Positions 10,204 through 20,288 of a stretch of 64,000 bases of DNA are shown here, in pieces. Position 1 is the first letter of the stretch. Each line of letters opens with the position of its first letter. Origin of the DNA: Thermotogota bacterium (lineage in GTDB: Bacteria; Thermotogota; Thermotogae; Petrotogales; Petrotogaceae); NCBI GenBank assembly GCA_051748045.1, contig JBNJGY010000004.1, positions 15,309 to 79,308 of the forward strand. The letters are read 5' to 3'. The position numbers and the translations under genes are program-made. Under the pieces are notes generated by a model, which saw only the letters and a list, made by a program, of their open reading frames with translations, was not told the origin of the DNA and did no database searches.

Positions 10204-12375
10204 ATGGCTATTTTGAGTCAACAAGAAATTTATAATTTAACTAACGGAAATTTCCATGATCCTTATATGTATTTGGGAATGCACAAATACAAAAAAGGAA
10301 TAGTAATTAGGACCATACAACCATTTGCAAAAGAAATAAAAGTTACCTCAAGAAAATTTAGAAGAAATATGGAAAAAATTGATGATTCTGGATTGTTTGA
10401 ATTGTATATACCAGATGTTGGAATGGTAAATTATAAATTTAAATGCAAAGATAACCAAGGAAATGAATGGGTAGTCGTAGACCCTTATAGTTTTTTGCCT
10501 GTTATTTCTGAGTATGATAGACACCTTTTCAACGAAGGAAATCATTATCAAATATATGATAAATTAGGTTCTCACAATATGAAAATAGATGGGCATAAAG
10601 GTACTCTCTTTGCTGTTTGGGCTCCAAACGCTAAAAGGGTTTCAGTAGTAGGAAACTTTAATAATTGGGACGGAAGAGTACATCAAATGAGAATGTTAGG
10701 TTCTTCGGGTATTTGGGAAATATTTATTCCTAATTTATCCGAAGGTGATCTTTATAAATATGAAATTAAAACAAAAAATGATGATCTTTTGTTAAAAATA
10801 GACCCTTATGCAAACTTTTTTGAAAAAAGACCCAACCACGCTTCAAGAATTTATGATTTAGAAGGTAAACATATTTGGGAAGATGAAGAATGGATAACCA
10901 AAAGAGAAAACACGAATTGGCATGAAGAACCTATGAGTATATACGAAGTACATTTGAATTCTTGGATGAAAACTGAAAATGATGAATTTTTGAATTATAG
11001 AGATATAGCGAAAAACTTAGCAAAATATTGTAAAAATAATGGATTTACACATATTGAACTTATGCCTGTAGCAGAACATCCTCTTGATATGTCTTGGGGG
11101 TATCAAGTAACAGGATACTTCGCTCCTACAAGCCGATTTGGTTCCCCAGAAGATTTTATGTCTTTTGTTGATATTTTACACAAAAATGATATTGGAATTA
11201 TACTAGACTGGGTTCCAGGACATTTTCCAAAAGACGAGCATGCTCTGGGTAGATTTGATGGAACTGCTCTATATGAACATCTAGATCCTAGACTTGGTGA
11301 ACACATTGATTGGGGAACTTATATTTTTAATTTTGGAAGAAATGAAGTTAAAAACTTTTTGATATCAAACGCTCTTTTTTGGTTGAAAAAGTTTCATATA
11401 GATGGATTGAGAGTAGATGCTGTAGCTTCTATGCTTTATTTAGATTATTCTAGAGAAGATAAAGATTGGGTACCTAACAGATTTGGCGGAAGAGAAAATT
11501 TGGAGGCTATTGAATTTTTAAAACACTTAAATACTGTAACTTACAAGTATTTTCCTGGAACATTAACTATAGCGGAAGAATCCACTGCTTTTCCTGGAGT
11601 AACTAAACCTGTTGATCTAGGAGGTTTAGGTTTTGCTATGAAATGGAACATGGGCTGGATGAACGATAGTTTAGAATACATAAAAAAAGAACCTCTTTAT
11701 AGACAATATCATCAAAACGATTTGACTTTTTCTATTATGTATGCATTTTCTGAAAACTTTATCCTTTCAATTTCTCATGATGAGGTAGTTTATGGGAAAA
11801 AATCTTTAGTTGATAAAATGCCTGGAGATGACTGGCAAAAGTTTGCAAACTTAAGACTATATTTATCTTACATGTATGCACATCCTGGGAAGAAACTATT
11901 GTTCATGGGTCAAGAATTTGGCCAATGGAAAGAATGGGATTATGAACATTCACTTGATTGGCATATTTTAGAATATGAGAATCATAAAAAAACCCAAAAC
12001 TTTATGAGAGAATTAAACTCTTTTTACAGAAATAATGATTCTTTATATAAAATAGATTTTAATTTTGAAGGCTTCGAATGGATTGATTTTAGTGATAATG
12101 AAAACAGTGTGATATCTTTCTTAAGAAAATCAAAAAATGAGAAAATTTTATGTGTTTTCAATTTTACCCCTGTACCAAGAGATAATTATAGAATAGGTGT
12201 ACCAGAAGAAGGCAACTATGAATTAATTTTTAATTCTGATTCAAAAGATTTTTGGGGGAGTGGCTATGAAACAAAAACCGTTGTAAAATCTGAAAATATC
12301 AGATGGCAAGGAAGAAATCATTCTATAGAAACTCATCTTCCTCCTTTATCAGCAATATTTTTCAAAATAAAATAA
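10204..12375 (+). CDS. glgB: 1,4-alpha-glucan branching enzyme (GH13)
   Basis: FAVWAPNA, SWGYQ, DWVPGHFP, GLRVDAVASM, AEES, SHDEVV. Start 10204 chosen from the GGAGG SD. Confidence 0.96.
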   Translation: MAILSQQEIYNLTNGNFHDPYMYLGMHKYKKGIVIRTIQPFAKEIKVTSRKFRRNMEKIDDSGLFELYIPDVGMVNYKFKCKDNQGNEWVVVDPYSFLPVISEYDRHLFNEGNHYQIYDKLGSHNMKIDGHKGTLFAVWAPNAKRVSVVGNFNNWDGRVHQMRMLGSSGIWEIFIPNLSEGDLYKYEIKTKNDDLLLKIDPYANFFEKRPNHASRIYDLEGKHIWEDEEWITKRENTNWHEEPMSIYEVHLNSWMKTENDEFLNYRDIAKNLAKYCKNNGFTHIELMPVAEHPLDMSWGYQVTGYFAPTSRFGSPEDFMSFVDILHKNDIGIILDWVPGHFPKDEHALGRFDGTALYEHLDPRLGEHIDWGTYIFNFGRNEVKNFLISNALFWLKKFHIDGLRVDAVASMLYLDYSREDKDWVPNRFGGRENLEAIEFLKHLNTVTYKYFPGTLTIAEESTAFPGVTKPVDLGGLGFAMKWNMGWMNDSLEYIKKEPLYRQYHQNDLTFSIMYAFSENFILSISHDEVVYGKKSLVDKMPGDDWQKFANLRLYLSYMYAHPGKKLLFMGQEFGQWKEWDYEHSLDWHILEYENHKKTQNFMRELNSFYRNNDSLYKIDFNFEGFEWIDFSDNENSVISFLRKSKNEKILCVFNFTPVPRDNYRIGVPEEGNYELIFNSDSKDFWGSGYETKTVVKSENIRWQGRNHSIETHLPPLSAIFFKIK

Positions 12376-12384
12376 TCTTAACCA

Positions 12385-12431
12385 AAAAAAACATCTCTTA
12401 CTTATTATACTTCCAGTAAGAGATGTTTTTT
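12385..12431. terminator. Bidirectional terminator between glgB and the ABC operon
   Basis: A-run-CATCTCTTAC...GTAAGAGATG-T-run inverted repeat. Confidence 0.8.
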
Positions 12432-12441
12432 AGTAATCTTG

Positions 12442-13278
12442 TTAGCCTTTTACTGCACCAACAGTTAAACCATCTATGAAATATCTTTGGAATATCAAAA
12501 ATACAACTAAAGGTACAATAGCAGCTATAAGAGATGCTGCTGAAATAATATTCCAGCTAGTTACCCATTGACCTTGTAAATTTACCAATCCTAAAGTAAC
12601 TGGTTTCAAATTATCTGATTGTAAAAGAATCAATCCCCAAAGATAATCATTCCAAATCCATGTAAACTCTAAGATACCTAATGCTGCCATCGCTGGCAAA
12701 CAAAGAGGAAGAGCGATTTTTCTATAGAGTGTAAAATCATTAGCTCCATCCATTTTAGCAGACTCAAAAATACTTTTTGGTATTGTTATCATAAAATTTC
12801 TCAAAAAGAAAGTACAAAACCCCAATTGAAAAGCTATATGGAATAAAATAACTCCCTGAAAGGTATCATATAACCCAGTTGATTGTGAAAACTTATAAAC
12901 TGGTATTAAAAGCATTTGAAATGGTATCAACATTCCTGCTACAAAAATTATTAAAACAATTTTAGACATTTTAAATTTATAAAAAGATAAAGCAAATGCT
13001 CCCAAGCTTGAAACAAATAACGTTCCAACTACTGAAGGAACAGTTATTATAAATGTATTTCTAAAATAAGTTTTCATATTACCTTGTTGCCATGATTCAG
13101 CAAAATTATCCCAAACAATTTGTTGTGGTGGTTTCCACCAAGATGTTGATGACATTAATTCATCCATTGACTTTAATGAAGTAAATGTTGTTATGAAAAA
13201 TGGAATGAGCCAAACAACAACTATGAAAATAGATAATATGTAAAACATCATTTTCACTGAAAATTTTCTTTTTCTCAT
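12442..13278 (-). CDS. Carbohydrate ABC transporter permease (MalG-like)
   Basis: ESAKMDGA EAA loop, WNDYLW, multiple TMs. Confidence 0.93.
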   Translation of the reverse strand: MRKRKFSVKMMFYILSIFIVVVWLIPFFITTFTSLKSMDELMSSTSWWKPPQQIVWDNFAESWQQGNMKTYFRNTFIITVPSVVGTLFVSSLGAFALSFYKFKMSKIVLIIFVAGMLIPFQMLLIPVYKFSQSTGLYDTFQGVILFHIAFQLGFCTFFLRNFMITIPKSIFESAKMDGANDFTLYRKIALPLCLPAMAALGILEFTWIWNDYLWGLILLQSDNLKPVTLGLVNLQGQWVTSWNIISAASLIAAIVPLVVFLIFQRYFIDGLTVGAVKG

Positions 13279-13282
13279 ATTC

Positions 13283-14158
13283 TCACTCCTCGTTTTTCAT
13301 AGCATTCAATAGATATAAAATTATAAATCCAAAAGTGATAGCGAATTGAATTACTGCAATTGCAGAACCATATCCCATTCTATAGTTATTAAAAGCTTCA
13401 ATATACATAAAGTTTGCTAAAACAGTTGAACTGTTAAAAGGTCCTCCTTTTGTCATAACAAAAACAATATCAAAGGCTCTAAGTGAGTCAATAATACTTA
13501 CTGTAATAGCAACTATCATAGAAGGTTTTAAAGCTGGAAGGATAACATTCCAAAATCTTTGCCATGAATTAGCTCCATCAACTATTGCTGCTTCAACTTG
13601 ATCTTTACTGACATTTTTCAACCCTGCTAAAAACAAAACCATCATATAAGGAATTTGTCTCCAAATCGCTGCAAAGATTAATGAAAAAGTTACTACTTCA
13701 GGATCAGATAACCATGGAGTTATCAAAAAATCTAGTCCCATTGCATCCAAAAATGAATTCAAAGCACCATATTGCGGTTCATATATCCAAGACCACATTG
13801 TTCCTATTACAACAAAAGATAAAGTCATAGGCAAATATACTAAAGTTTTAAACAATTTGCTACCTTTGAATTTCATATCAAGAAGCATTGCAAATCCTAG
13901 TCCTACAGGAACAGGTATAATTATAAAAAATATAAACCATTTAATATTATTCATCAAAGCAGTTGTGAAAACTCTATCATTAAATAATGTTTTAAAATTT
14001 TCTAACCCTATAAATTCAACATTTTTGCTTAAACCATCCCAATCTGATAAGCTGTAGAAAAAAGTTCTACCTATGGGAATTATTACCCAGACTAAATACA
14101 TTATCAGGGGAACAGCTAAAAATGCCCATGGCACCCACCACTTTTTCTTAGTGAGCAT
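13283..14158 (-). CDS. Carbohydrate ABC transporter permease (MalF-like)
   Basis: EAAIVDGA, FIGLENF, MTKGGP. Confidence 0.93.
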   Translation of the reverse strand: MLTKKKWWVPWAFLAVPLIMYLVWVIIPIGRTFFYSLSDWDGLSKNVEFIGLENFKTLFNDRVFTTALMNNIKWFIFFIIIPVPVGLGFAMLLDMKFKGSKLFKTLVYLPMTLSFVVIGTMWSWIYEPQYGALNSFLDAMGLDFLITPWLSDPEVVTFSLIFAAIWRQIPYMMVLFLAGLKNVSKDQVEAAIVDGANSWQRFWNVILPALKPSMIVAITVSIIDSLRAFDIVFVMTKGGPFNSSTVLANFMYIEAFNNYRMGYGSAIAVIQFAITFGFIILYLLNAMKNEE

Positions 14159-14185
14159 AATATCACCTCATAATATTTATTCTTA

Positions 14186-14218
14186 AAAAGAGAGGGGGAT
14201 TTTCTCCCCCACCTTTTT
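14186..14218 (-). terminator. Intercistronic hairpin after the substrate-binding-protein gene
   Basis: Imperfect AAAAGAGAGGGGGA...TCCCCCACCTTTT stem; a typical partial terminator or stabiliser position. Confidence 0.55.
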
Positions 14219-15434
14219 ATTTATAAATTCTTTGTCTAATATTTTCTAAGTTTTCTAAAATTGAATCTATTCTATCTGGGAACATCATAAACTCAACAAA
14301 TCCGTTCATTGCATTATTAGCCATTTCAGGATTCATATCTCTATCAAAGAACTGCATAACTCCGTCAGATTCTAAGATCATATCCATTCCATCTTGAGCA
14401 TGTGCATCAGGTGGAGTAACTTTTTTGTTAGCTGCTAATCTACCTAATTCGTCTGCGAAATATTGTTGAGAATCTTTTCCAGCAATAAATTCCATGAATA
14501 ATTTTGCTTCTTCCATATTTTTAGCGTTCTTAGGTACCATGAAACCATCAATTGGAGTATCTTCATAAAGACCTATATTTTCATCAATAACAGGGAATCT
14601 AAAGAAATCCAAATCATCTTTTACATCTTCTGGAGCAACATCTTTTATAAATTGTCCCATTAGATACATTCCTGCTTCTCCAGTAAATAATCTGTTTGCT
14701 GCTTCTTGCCAACTATAAGCTGAGTGATTTTCTATAAAGTAATCATTATCTACCATTTCTTTCCAATATTCAAATACTTTTTTAACTCTTGGATCAGTGA
14801 AAGGTACTTTACCTGCTGTAAATTCAGTATGGAATTCAATACCATTAACTCTCATATTTAGGTAATCAAACCATCCTCCAGCTGTCCATAAGTATTTTGA
14901 TCCTATTGCCATAGGGATTTTTCCATTGTCTTTTAATGTTTGATTTACAGACATAAATTCATCCCATGTTGTTGGTACTTCAATATCTAAATCATTAAAT
15001 ACCGCTTTGTTATAGTAGATTCCCCACCAATACCAACTTTGAGGGATAAAATAAATATTATCTTCATAAGCTGATGCTGTTCTAAAAGCTTCTGGGAATT
15101 CTGCCCCAAAACCATCAGGGAAAATGCTATCTAGTGGTTCTAAAAAACCTTTTTCTGCAAAAAATCTCATTCTTTCACCAGCAAACCAAGTTACTACGTC
15201 TGGCGCGTTATTAGAACCTAACCAAGTTCTTAATAATGTTTTAAAATCCTCATGAGCAAATGTATTAACTGTTACGTCAATATCTGGATACATAGCTTCA
15301 AAATCTTCTACTAATTCTGAAAAAACTCTTTTTGGAGCAGGATCAGACATATATGAGTTTATAACCAATGAACTTGCTGAAAAAACAAAAAGTACTAAAG
15401 TCAAAACCGTTAAAGTTAACGTTAACTTCTTCAT
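14217..15434 (-). CDS. Sugar ABC transporter substrate-binding protein (family 1)
   Basis: Signal peptide; APDVV, IYYNK.VF, PTTWDEF, G.AGMY motifs; upstream of two permeases. Confidence 0.92.
   Translation of the reverse strand: MKKLTLTLTVLTLVLFVFSASSLVINSYMSDPAPKRVFSELVEDFEAMYPDIDVTVNTFAHEDFKTLLRTWLGSNNAPDVVTWFAGERMRFFAEKGFLEPLDSIFPDGFGAEFPEAFRTASAYEDNIYFIPQSWYWWGIYYNKAVFNDLDIEVPTTWDEFMSVNQTLKDNGKIPMAIGSKYLWTAGGWFDYLNMRVNGIEFHTEFTAGKVPFTDPRVKKVFEYWKEMVDNDYFIENHSAYSWQEAANRLFTGEAGMYLMGQFIKDVAPEDVKDDLDFFRFPVIDENIGLYEDTPIDGFMVPKNAKNMEEAKLFMEFIAGKDSQQYFADELGRLAANKKVTPPDAHAQDGMDMILESDGVMQFFDRDMNPEMANNAMNGFVEFMMFPDRIDSILENLENIRQRIYK
15413..15428. promoter_or_regulatory. Candidate intragenic LacI-family operator
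   Basis: Perfect 16-bp palindrome AAGTTAACGTTAACTT in codons 3-8 of the SBP gene; its core matches the sites at 15541 and 20135. Confidence 0.5.
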
Positions 15435-15540
15435 TATTACACCCCCTAAGTGATTTAAATTGCTTATTAAAATATTACCCCATTAATTTTTTTTAGACAA
15501 ATTCAGATAAATCTATTCACGCATAATTATTCTCAATTAT

Positions 15541-15556
15541 TAACGTTAACGTTCAC
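15541..15556. promoter_or_regulatory. Candidate LacI-family operator upstream of the ABC operon
   Basis: TAACGTTAACGTTCAC with CG-centred core; 15/16 identical to 20135-20150. Confidence 0.7.
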
Positions 15557-15592
15557 TATGAATAATAAATTACAAAAATGAATATATTTTTA

Positions 15593-16951
15593 CTATTTTT
15601 TACTGACACTCAACATTTTTTTCTCATCATACATTAGGAAGAAAATTAAACCTATAAAACAAAATACTGCTGCAACTGGTCCTGTAAGCCTAATACCAAG
15701 AGCATCCCCTATATCTTTACCAAATAACAACAAAGATGAAAAGATAAACATTGAAATCATCTGTCCAACTTTTGACATCAAAGTCCTAACACCATAAAAA
15801 ATAGCTTCATTTTTATTACCAGTAGTAATCGCATCATGTTCAGCTATATCAGAAAGAATAGCATTAGGTAATATTCCAAAAACAGCCATAGGAAAAGCAG
15901 CTAAAACAATTAAAATATAAATTTGATAATTATTAGGTATAAACCATATATTCATACCTAAAGTGAATACTAATAAATACATGATAGTAAACAAACTAAA
16001 TGCAATTATCATCAGTTTTTTCTTTCCTATTTTTTTAGCTGTCAAATTTACAAAAGGATAGAACAAAAATGAAAGAACCCCTAGTAATATAAATATTGTA
16101 GAATATAAACTTTCTGGTAATTCTAAAAGTACTGTTATATAGTATATTAACCCTGTTTGTAAAATAGTTAACGCTAAAAAATAAGATAGATCGGATATAG
16201 CAAAAACTCTAAACTCTTTTTTAGAAAAAGCAGATTTTAAAGCTTCCATCATGTTTATTTCTGATGGTTTAGCTTCTGAATATTTTTTTTCATCAATAAA
16301 CCATATTGGAAACATCAAAAACAAAGCTGATAATGACGCCAATCCTATAAATGTATATCTAATGGCAAGTATTCTTTCTACCCCCATACCTTCAATTGTA
16401 TTCCATATTATAGCAGCTTGTGAAGCTATTGCTGTTCCTAAAAAGAATGTCACTGATATATATGTTGATAAATTTAATCTTTCATTTGCTGTTTTCCCCA
16501 GTTCAGGTATCAAAGCAAAATATGGTGTGACATACATAGTATAAAAAATATAAAACGATAACAGAGTTATTGTCAACCAGACTGTATTGAATCCGCTAAT
16601 ATAATCAACAGGAGGCCAAAAAATCAAAACTGTTAACACTGAAAAAGGTATTACAGCAATTTTTAAAAAAGGAATTCTTCTTCCTTTGGGAGATTTATGC
16701 CTATCAGACAAGGTTGCTATCCAAGGATCTGTTATAGCATCCAAAGCTCTTCCACCTATTGTTATAAGTCCTATTATTGTAAAAATACCCAAAACATTAC
16801 CTTGTGGAATATAATTTGGTATATTAGCTGTTTCTGGTGGTGAGTAAAAATACACTAAATAAGAATTAACTAACCCCATTAATATAGCCCACCCTAATTG
16901 GCCTATAGAAAAGGCTATTTGTTTTGACAACGGTAGTTTTGCTTTATTCAT
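15593..16951 (-). CDS. MFS glycoside-pentoside-hexuronide (MelB-like) symporter
   Basis: GRALDAITDPWIATLSD, GRRIPF, PYFALIPEL, ERLNLS; about 12 TMs. Confidence 0.9.
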   Translation of the reverse strand: MNKAKLPLSKQIAFSIGQLGWAILMGLVNSYLVYFYSPPETANIPNYIPQGNVLGIFTIIGLITIGGRALDAITDPWIATLSDRHKSPKGRRIPFLKIAVIPFSVLTVLIFWPPVDYISGFNTVWLTITLLSFYIFYTMYVTPYFALIPELGKTANERLNLSTYISVTFFLGTAIASQAAIIWNTIEGMGVERILAIRYTFIGLASLSALFLMFPIWFIDEKKYSEAKPSEINMMEALKSAFSKKEFRVFAISDLSYFLALTILQTGLIYYITVLLELPESLYSTIFILLGVLSFLFYPFVNLTAKKIGKKKLMIIAFSLFTIMYLLVFTLGMNIWFIPNNYQIYILIVLAAFPMAVFGILPNAILSDIAEHDAITTGNKNEAIFYGVRTLMSKVGQMISMFIFSSLLLFGKDIGDALGIRLTGPVAAVFCFIGLIFFLMYDEKKMLSVSKK

Positions 16952-18101
16952 CAAAATCCTCCTCTAGTTGTTTTACTCCATCATTTATATCACTTATATA
17001 AAATTCAGGATTTAATTTTATTATATTATAGTATTCTTTTTGAATATGCTTTTTAAATTCTTGAACTCTTTCTTCTTTTACAAGTGCTATAGCACACCCT
17101 CCAAAACCAGCTCCTGTCATTCTTGAACCCAAGCAAAAATCGACTGATTGTGCTATTTCAACTATTGTATCTAATTCTTTACCAGTTACTTCGTAATCTT
17201 CTTTTAAGGATTTATGAGAAGCATTTAATAATTTCCCAAATTTAATTAGATCGTCTTTTTTTAATACTTTTATAGAATTTTTTACTCTCTGATTTTCTGT
17301 AATAACATGTCTAGCTCGTTTTTTTATAACTTCATCATCTATATACTTTAAATCGTCAATTTTAGCTTCACATAAATTATCGATTTTCTTAAATTCATTA
17401 ATTTTTTTCAAGGCTTCTTCACATTGACTTTTTCTTTCATTATAAGCAGAACCAGCTAATTCTCTTTTTTTATTCGTATTCATAATAACTAATTTATAAC
17501 CTTTTAAATGAACAGGTATATATTTATAAGTCAATTTGTTTGTATCAAGAAGTATCCCGTTATTCTTTTTACCAAATACTATTGAGAACTGATCCATTAT
17601 TCCTGATTTAACCCCTATAAAATCATTTTCAACTTTTTTACCTAATAGAGCCAAATCTTTTTTTTCACTATCATTTGATAGTAAATCTGAAGATAAAATA
17701 TAAGCTATCAACATTTCCAATGAGGCAGAAGATGAAAGACCTGCTCCATCAGGTAAATTTGATTCTAAATAAATATTTAATGATTTTTTTGGATTTTTTA
17801 AATATTTATATATGCCTCTAGGATAATTTCCCCAGCCAAACTTATCATCATATTCTATACTTTCTTCAGGATTAATTATTATTTCTTGTTCAAATGATGA
17901 AGATTTTAAAACTATTAAATTATCATCTCTTTTTCCAACTACCGCTTTTATTCCAATACTCAATGCTGCAGGAAAAACATACCCTCCATTATAATCAATA
18001 TGTTCTCCAATTAAATTAACTCTTCCAGGAGAAAAATATTTTTCTAAACATTCTTCATCTGTCGCATTAAAATAATTTTTATAAGACTCAATAATGCTCA
18101 T
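16944..18101 (-). CDS. galK: Galactokinase
   Basis: PGRVNLIGEHIDYN, PDGAGLSSSAS, GIMDQ, RMTGAGFGG. Confidence 0.96.
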   Translation of the reverse strand: MSIIESYKNYFNATDEECLEKYFSPGRVNLIGEHIDYNGGYVFPAALSIGIKAVVGKRDDNLIVLKSSSFEQEIIINPEESIEYDDKFGWGNYPRGIYKYLKNPKKSLNIYLESNLPDGAGLSSSASLEMLIAYILSSDLLSNDSEKKDLALLGKKVENDFIGVKSGIMDQFSIVFGKKNNGILLDTNKLTYKYIPVHLKGYKLVIMNTNKKRELAGSAYNERKSQCEEALKKINEFKKIDNLCEAKIDDLKYIDDEVIKKRARHVITENQRVKNSIKVLKKDDLIKFGKLLNASHKSLKEDYEVTGKELDTIVEIAQSVDFCLGSRMTGAGFGGCAIALVKEERVQEFKKHIQKEYYNIIKLNPEFYISDINDGVKQLEEDFDE

Positions 18102-19090
18102 TATATCCCTTCTTTTTCCCTATATTTATCAATTGATTCTTTCAAAATAGGTGCTGTATCCTCCACAGCCATAGTATTAGCTGCTGCCCAAGCGCCCATT
18201 TCAGATGACGCATACCATTTGATTTTATTTTCATCTCTTAATGGTGGATAAAATTCTATGTGAAAATGATAATACTTTTCTGAATCTTTGTATTTTTGAT
18301 CATTGACTGGTGTTTGATGTATAACCATCATATATGGAAATTTTTTATCATATAAAGTATCAAATCCACCTGTTAAAATTTTCAAAGCTTTCGCTAAATC
18401 TTTTGTTCTCTGTTCGTTAAAATCAGAAAAATTACATATATGATCTTTTGCGACAATAAAAGCTCCGTAAGGATAATCTGTAAAAAATGGTAAATACACT
18501 AAAAAAGAATCATTTTCATAGAGTATTCTATCTTTAAAATCTATTTCTTTTTTATTCATTTCACAGATCATACATTTTTTATTCTCATGATAAAATTCTT
18601 TTGAACTATCCAATTCTGTTTTTACTTTCAATGGTATCCATGAATATGCGTACAATTGTCCATGAGGATGTGGCATAGTTACACCAACTTCTTCACCTCT
18701 ATTTTCAAAAGGAAACACGTATTTTATTTTTTTATCTTCTGATAATTCATCATTACGCTCTATCCACAAATTAACTAATTTTTCTACATGCCACAATGGT
18801 AATTCAGGTAGTGTTATATAATGATCTGGTGAATACAAAATAACTTCACATTTACCATAATTTTCTTTTATACCATATATCCCATCACTTTTAAGATCTG
18901 GAGAATCCGGGTTTTGTTTTAGAGCAGGAAAATCATTATCGTATTTATAAACATCATAATTATCTGGTACATTTTTTCCTTCACCTGGGCAAAAAGGACA
19001 CCAATCTTTAGGAAGATGTGGCCTTTTTTGTCTATTATTAGCAACCATAGTATAAGTTTTTAGTAAAGGATTCCATCTTAATTCAGCCAT
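18101..19090 (-). CDS. galT: Galactose-1-phosphate uridylyltransferase
   Basis: ELRWNPL, CPFCPG, FENRG, HPHGQ catalytic motif. Confidence 0.95.
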   Translation of the reverse strand: MAELRWNPLLKTYTMVANNRQKRPHLPKDWCPFCPGEGKNVPDNYDVYKYDNDFPALKQNPDSPDLKSDGIYGIKENYGKCEVILYSPDHYITLPELPLWHVEKLVNLWIERNDELSEDKKIKYVFPFENRGEEVGVTMPHPHGQLYAYSWIPLKVKTELDSSKEFYHENKKCMICEMNKKEIDFKDRILYENDSFLVYLPFFTDYPYGAFIVAKDHICNFSDFNEQRTKDLAKALKILTGGFDTLYDKKFPYMMVIHQTPVNDQKYKDSEKYYHFHIEFYPPLRDENKIKWYASSEMGAWAAANTMAVEDTAPILKESIDKYREKEGI

Positions 19091-19106
19091 CAAATCACCT
19101 CTTTAT

Positions 19107-20120
19107 TTATTTTGAAGATTCTCTTTCAATTAGTTCCACGTCTAGAGTAATATTCATAGTTGTTGAATCAATGTTTTCAATTCTTCTCAGCAACATATTA
19201 AAAGCTTCTTTACCCATTTTCTTTTTATTTACAGATATAGTCGATAATGAAGGTGAAAAAATCTTTGAAAATTCAATATCATCATATCCAACTACTTTTA
19301 TATCTTCTGGAATGTTTATGTGCTTTTCTTTCAATCTTTGTATAACTCCATAAGCTATTAAATCATTGTAGCAAAAAACCCCATCAATTTTTTCGTTTTT
19401 TAAAATATTATCAATAATATTTTTACCTTCTTCAATATATAATCCCTCATGAATTTTATTAATATTTTCTATTTTCTTATAGGATATTTTGTTGTCTTTT
19501 ATAGCTTTTAGATAACCTTTTTCTCTATCTCTTGCAGCAGTGTTAAACTCTTCAGCAGAAATCATCAAAATTCTACTACACCCTTTATTAATAAGGTGTT
19601 CTGTAGCTAAATATCCACCTTTAATCTCATTATTATATATTTCATCTACATTCCAATTATCCACACCTCTCCCAACTAACACCATAGGATATTTTTCAGA
19701 TAACATTTTTTCAATATCTTCATAATTATTCTGCATTGGAAATAGTAATACTCCATCTACTCTTCTTTCAATCATTGTGGATATTGCTTTTTCTTCAAAA
19801 TTATATTTACCTTCAGTGTTTATAATCATAGTTTGATAATTAGTCTTCCTCGCTTCTTCTTCTATTCCCTTAAAAACCTCAGAAAAAAATGGATTAGAAG
19901 AATCTGGTATTATAACCCCTATTATTTCACTTTTTTGGCTTTTCATCATAGAAGCAAATGTATTTTTTACATATCCCATTTCTTTTGCTTTTTCTAATAT
20001 TTTTTCTTTTGTTTTTTCGTTGATGTCAGGTTTATCGTTCAAAGCTCGAGAAACAGTATTGATAGATACTCCTACCTCTTTTGATATATCTTTGATAGTA
20101 ATGAATTTTTTATTTTTCAA
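19107..20120 (-). CDS. LacI-family transcriptional regulator (galactose cluster repressor candidate)
   Basis: TIKDIS...VSINTVSRALN HTH, IKVVGYDD, PSLST. Likely TTG start at 20120 after a GAGGTG SD, shorter than the track ORF. Confidence 0.92.
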   Translation of the reverse strand: MKNKKFITIKDISKEVGVSINTVSRALNDKPDINEKTKEKILEKAKEMGYVKNTFASMMKSQKSEIIGVIIPDSSNPFFSEVFKGIEEEARKTNYQTMIINTEGKYNFEEKAISTMIERRVDGVLLFPMQNNYEDIEKMLSEKYPMVLVGRGVDNWNVDEIYNNEIKGGYLATEHLINKGCSRILMISAEEFNTAARDREKGYLKAIKDNKISYKKIENINKIHEGLYIEEGKNIIDNILKNEKIDGVFCYNDLIAYGVIQRLKEKHINIPEDIKVVGYDDIEFSKIFSPSLSTISVNKKKMGKEAFNMLLRRIENIDSTTMNITLDVELIERESSK

Positions 20121-20134
20121 ATTTATCACCTCTT

Positions 20135-20154
20135 TAACGGTAACGTTCACGTTA
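20135..20154. promoter_or_regulatory. Candidate LacI-family operator upstream of the regulator-galT-galK operon
   Basis: TAACGGTAACGTTCACGTTA, directly upstream of the regulator SD. Confidence 0.7.
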
Positions 20155-20259
20155 TTATCATAATACACTAAAAGATATTTTTCTCAAAATGAGATAATTC
20201 TAGAATAAGTGATAATAAATAAGAATAATCATTTTTATTTGAATATAATTACTAAAAAC

Positions 20260-20288
20260 AAAAAAAAGCAAGCGTTATAACGCTTGCT
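20260..20288 (-). terminator. Terminator overlapping the DUF1385 stop codon
   Basis: Perfect palindrome AGCAAGCGTTATAACGCTTGCT followed on the minus strand by a T-run. Confidence 0.8.
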
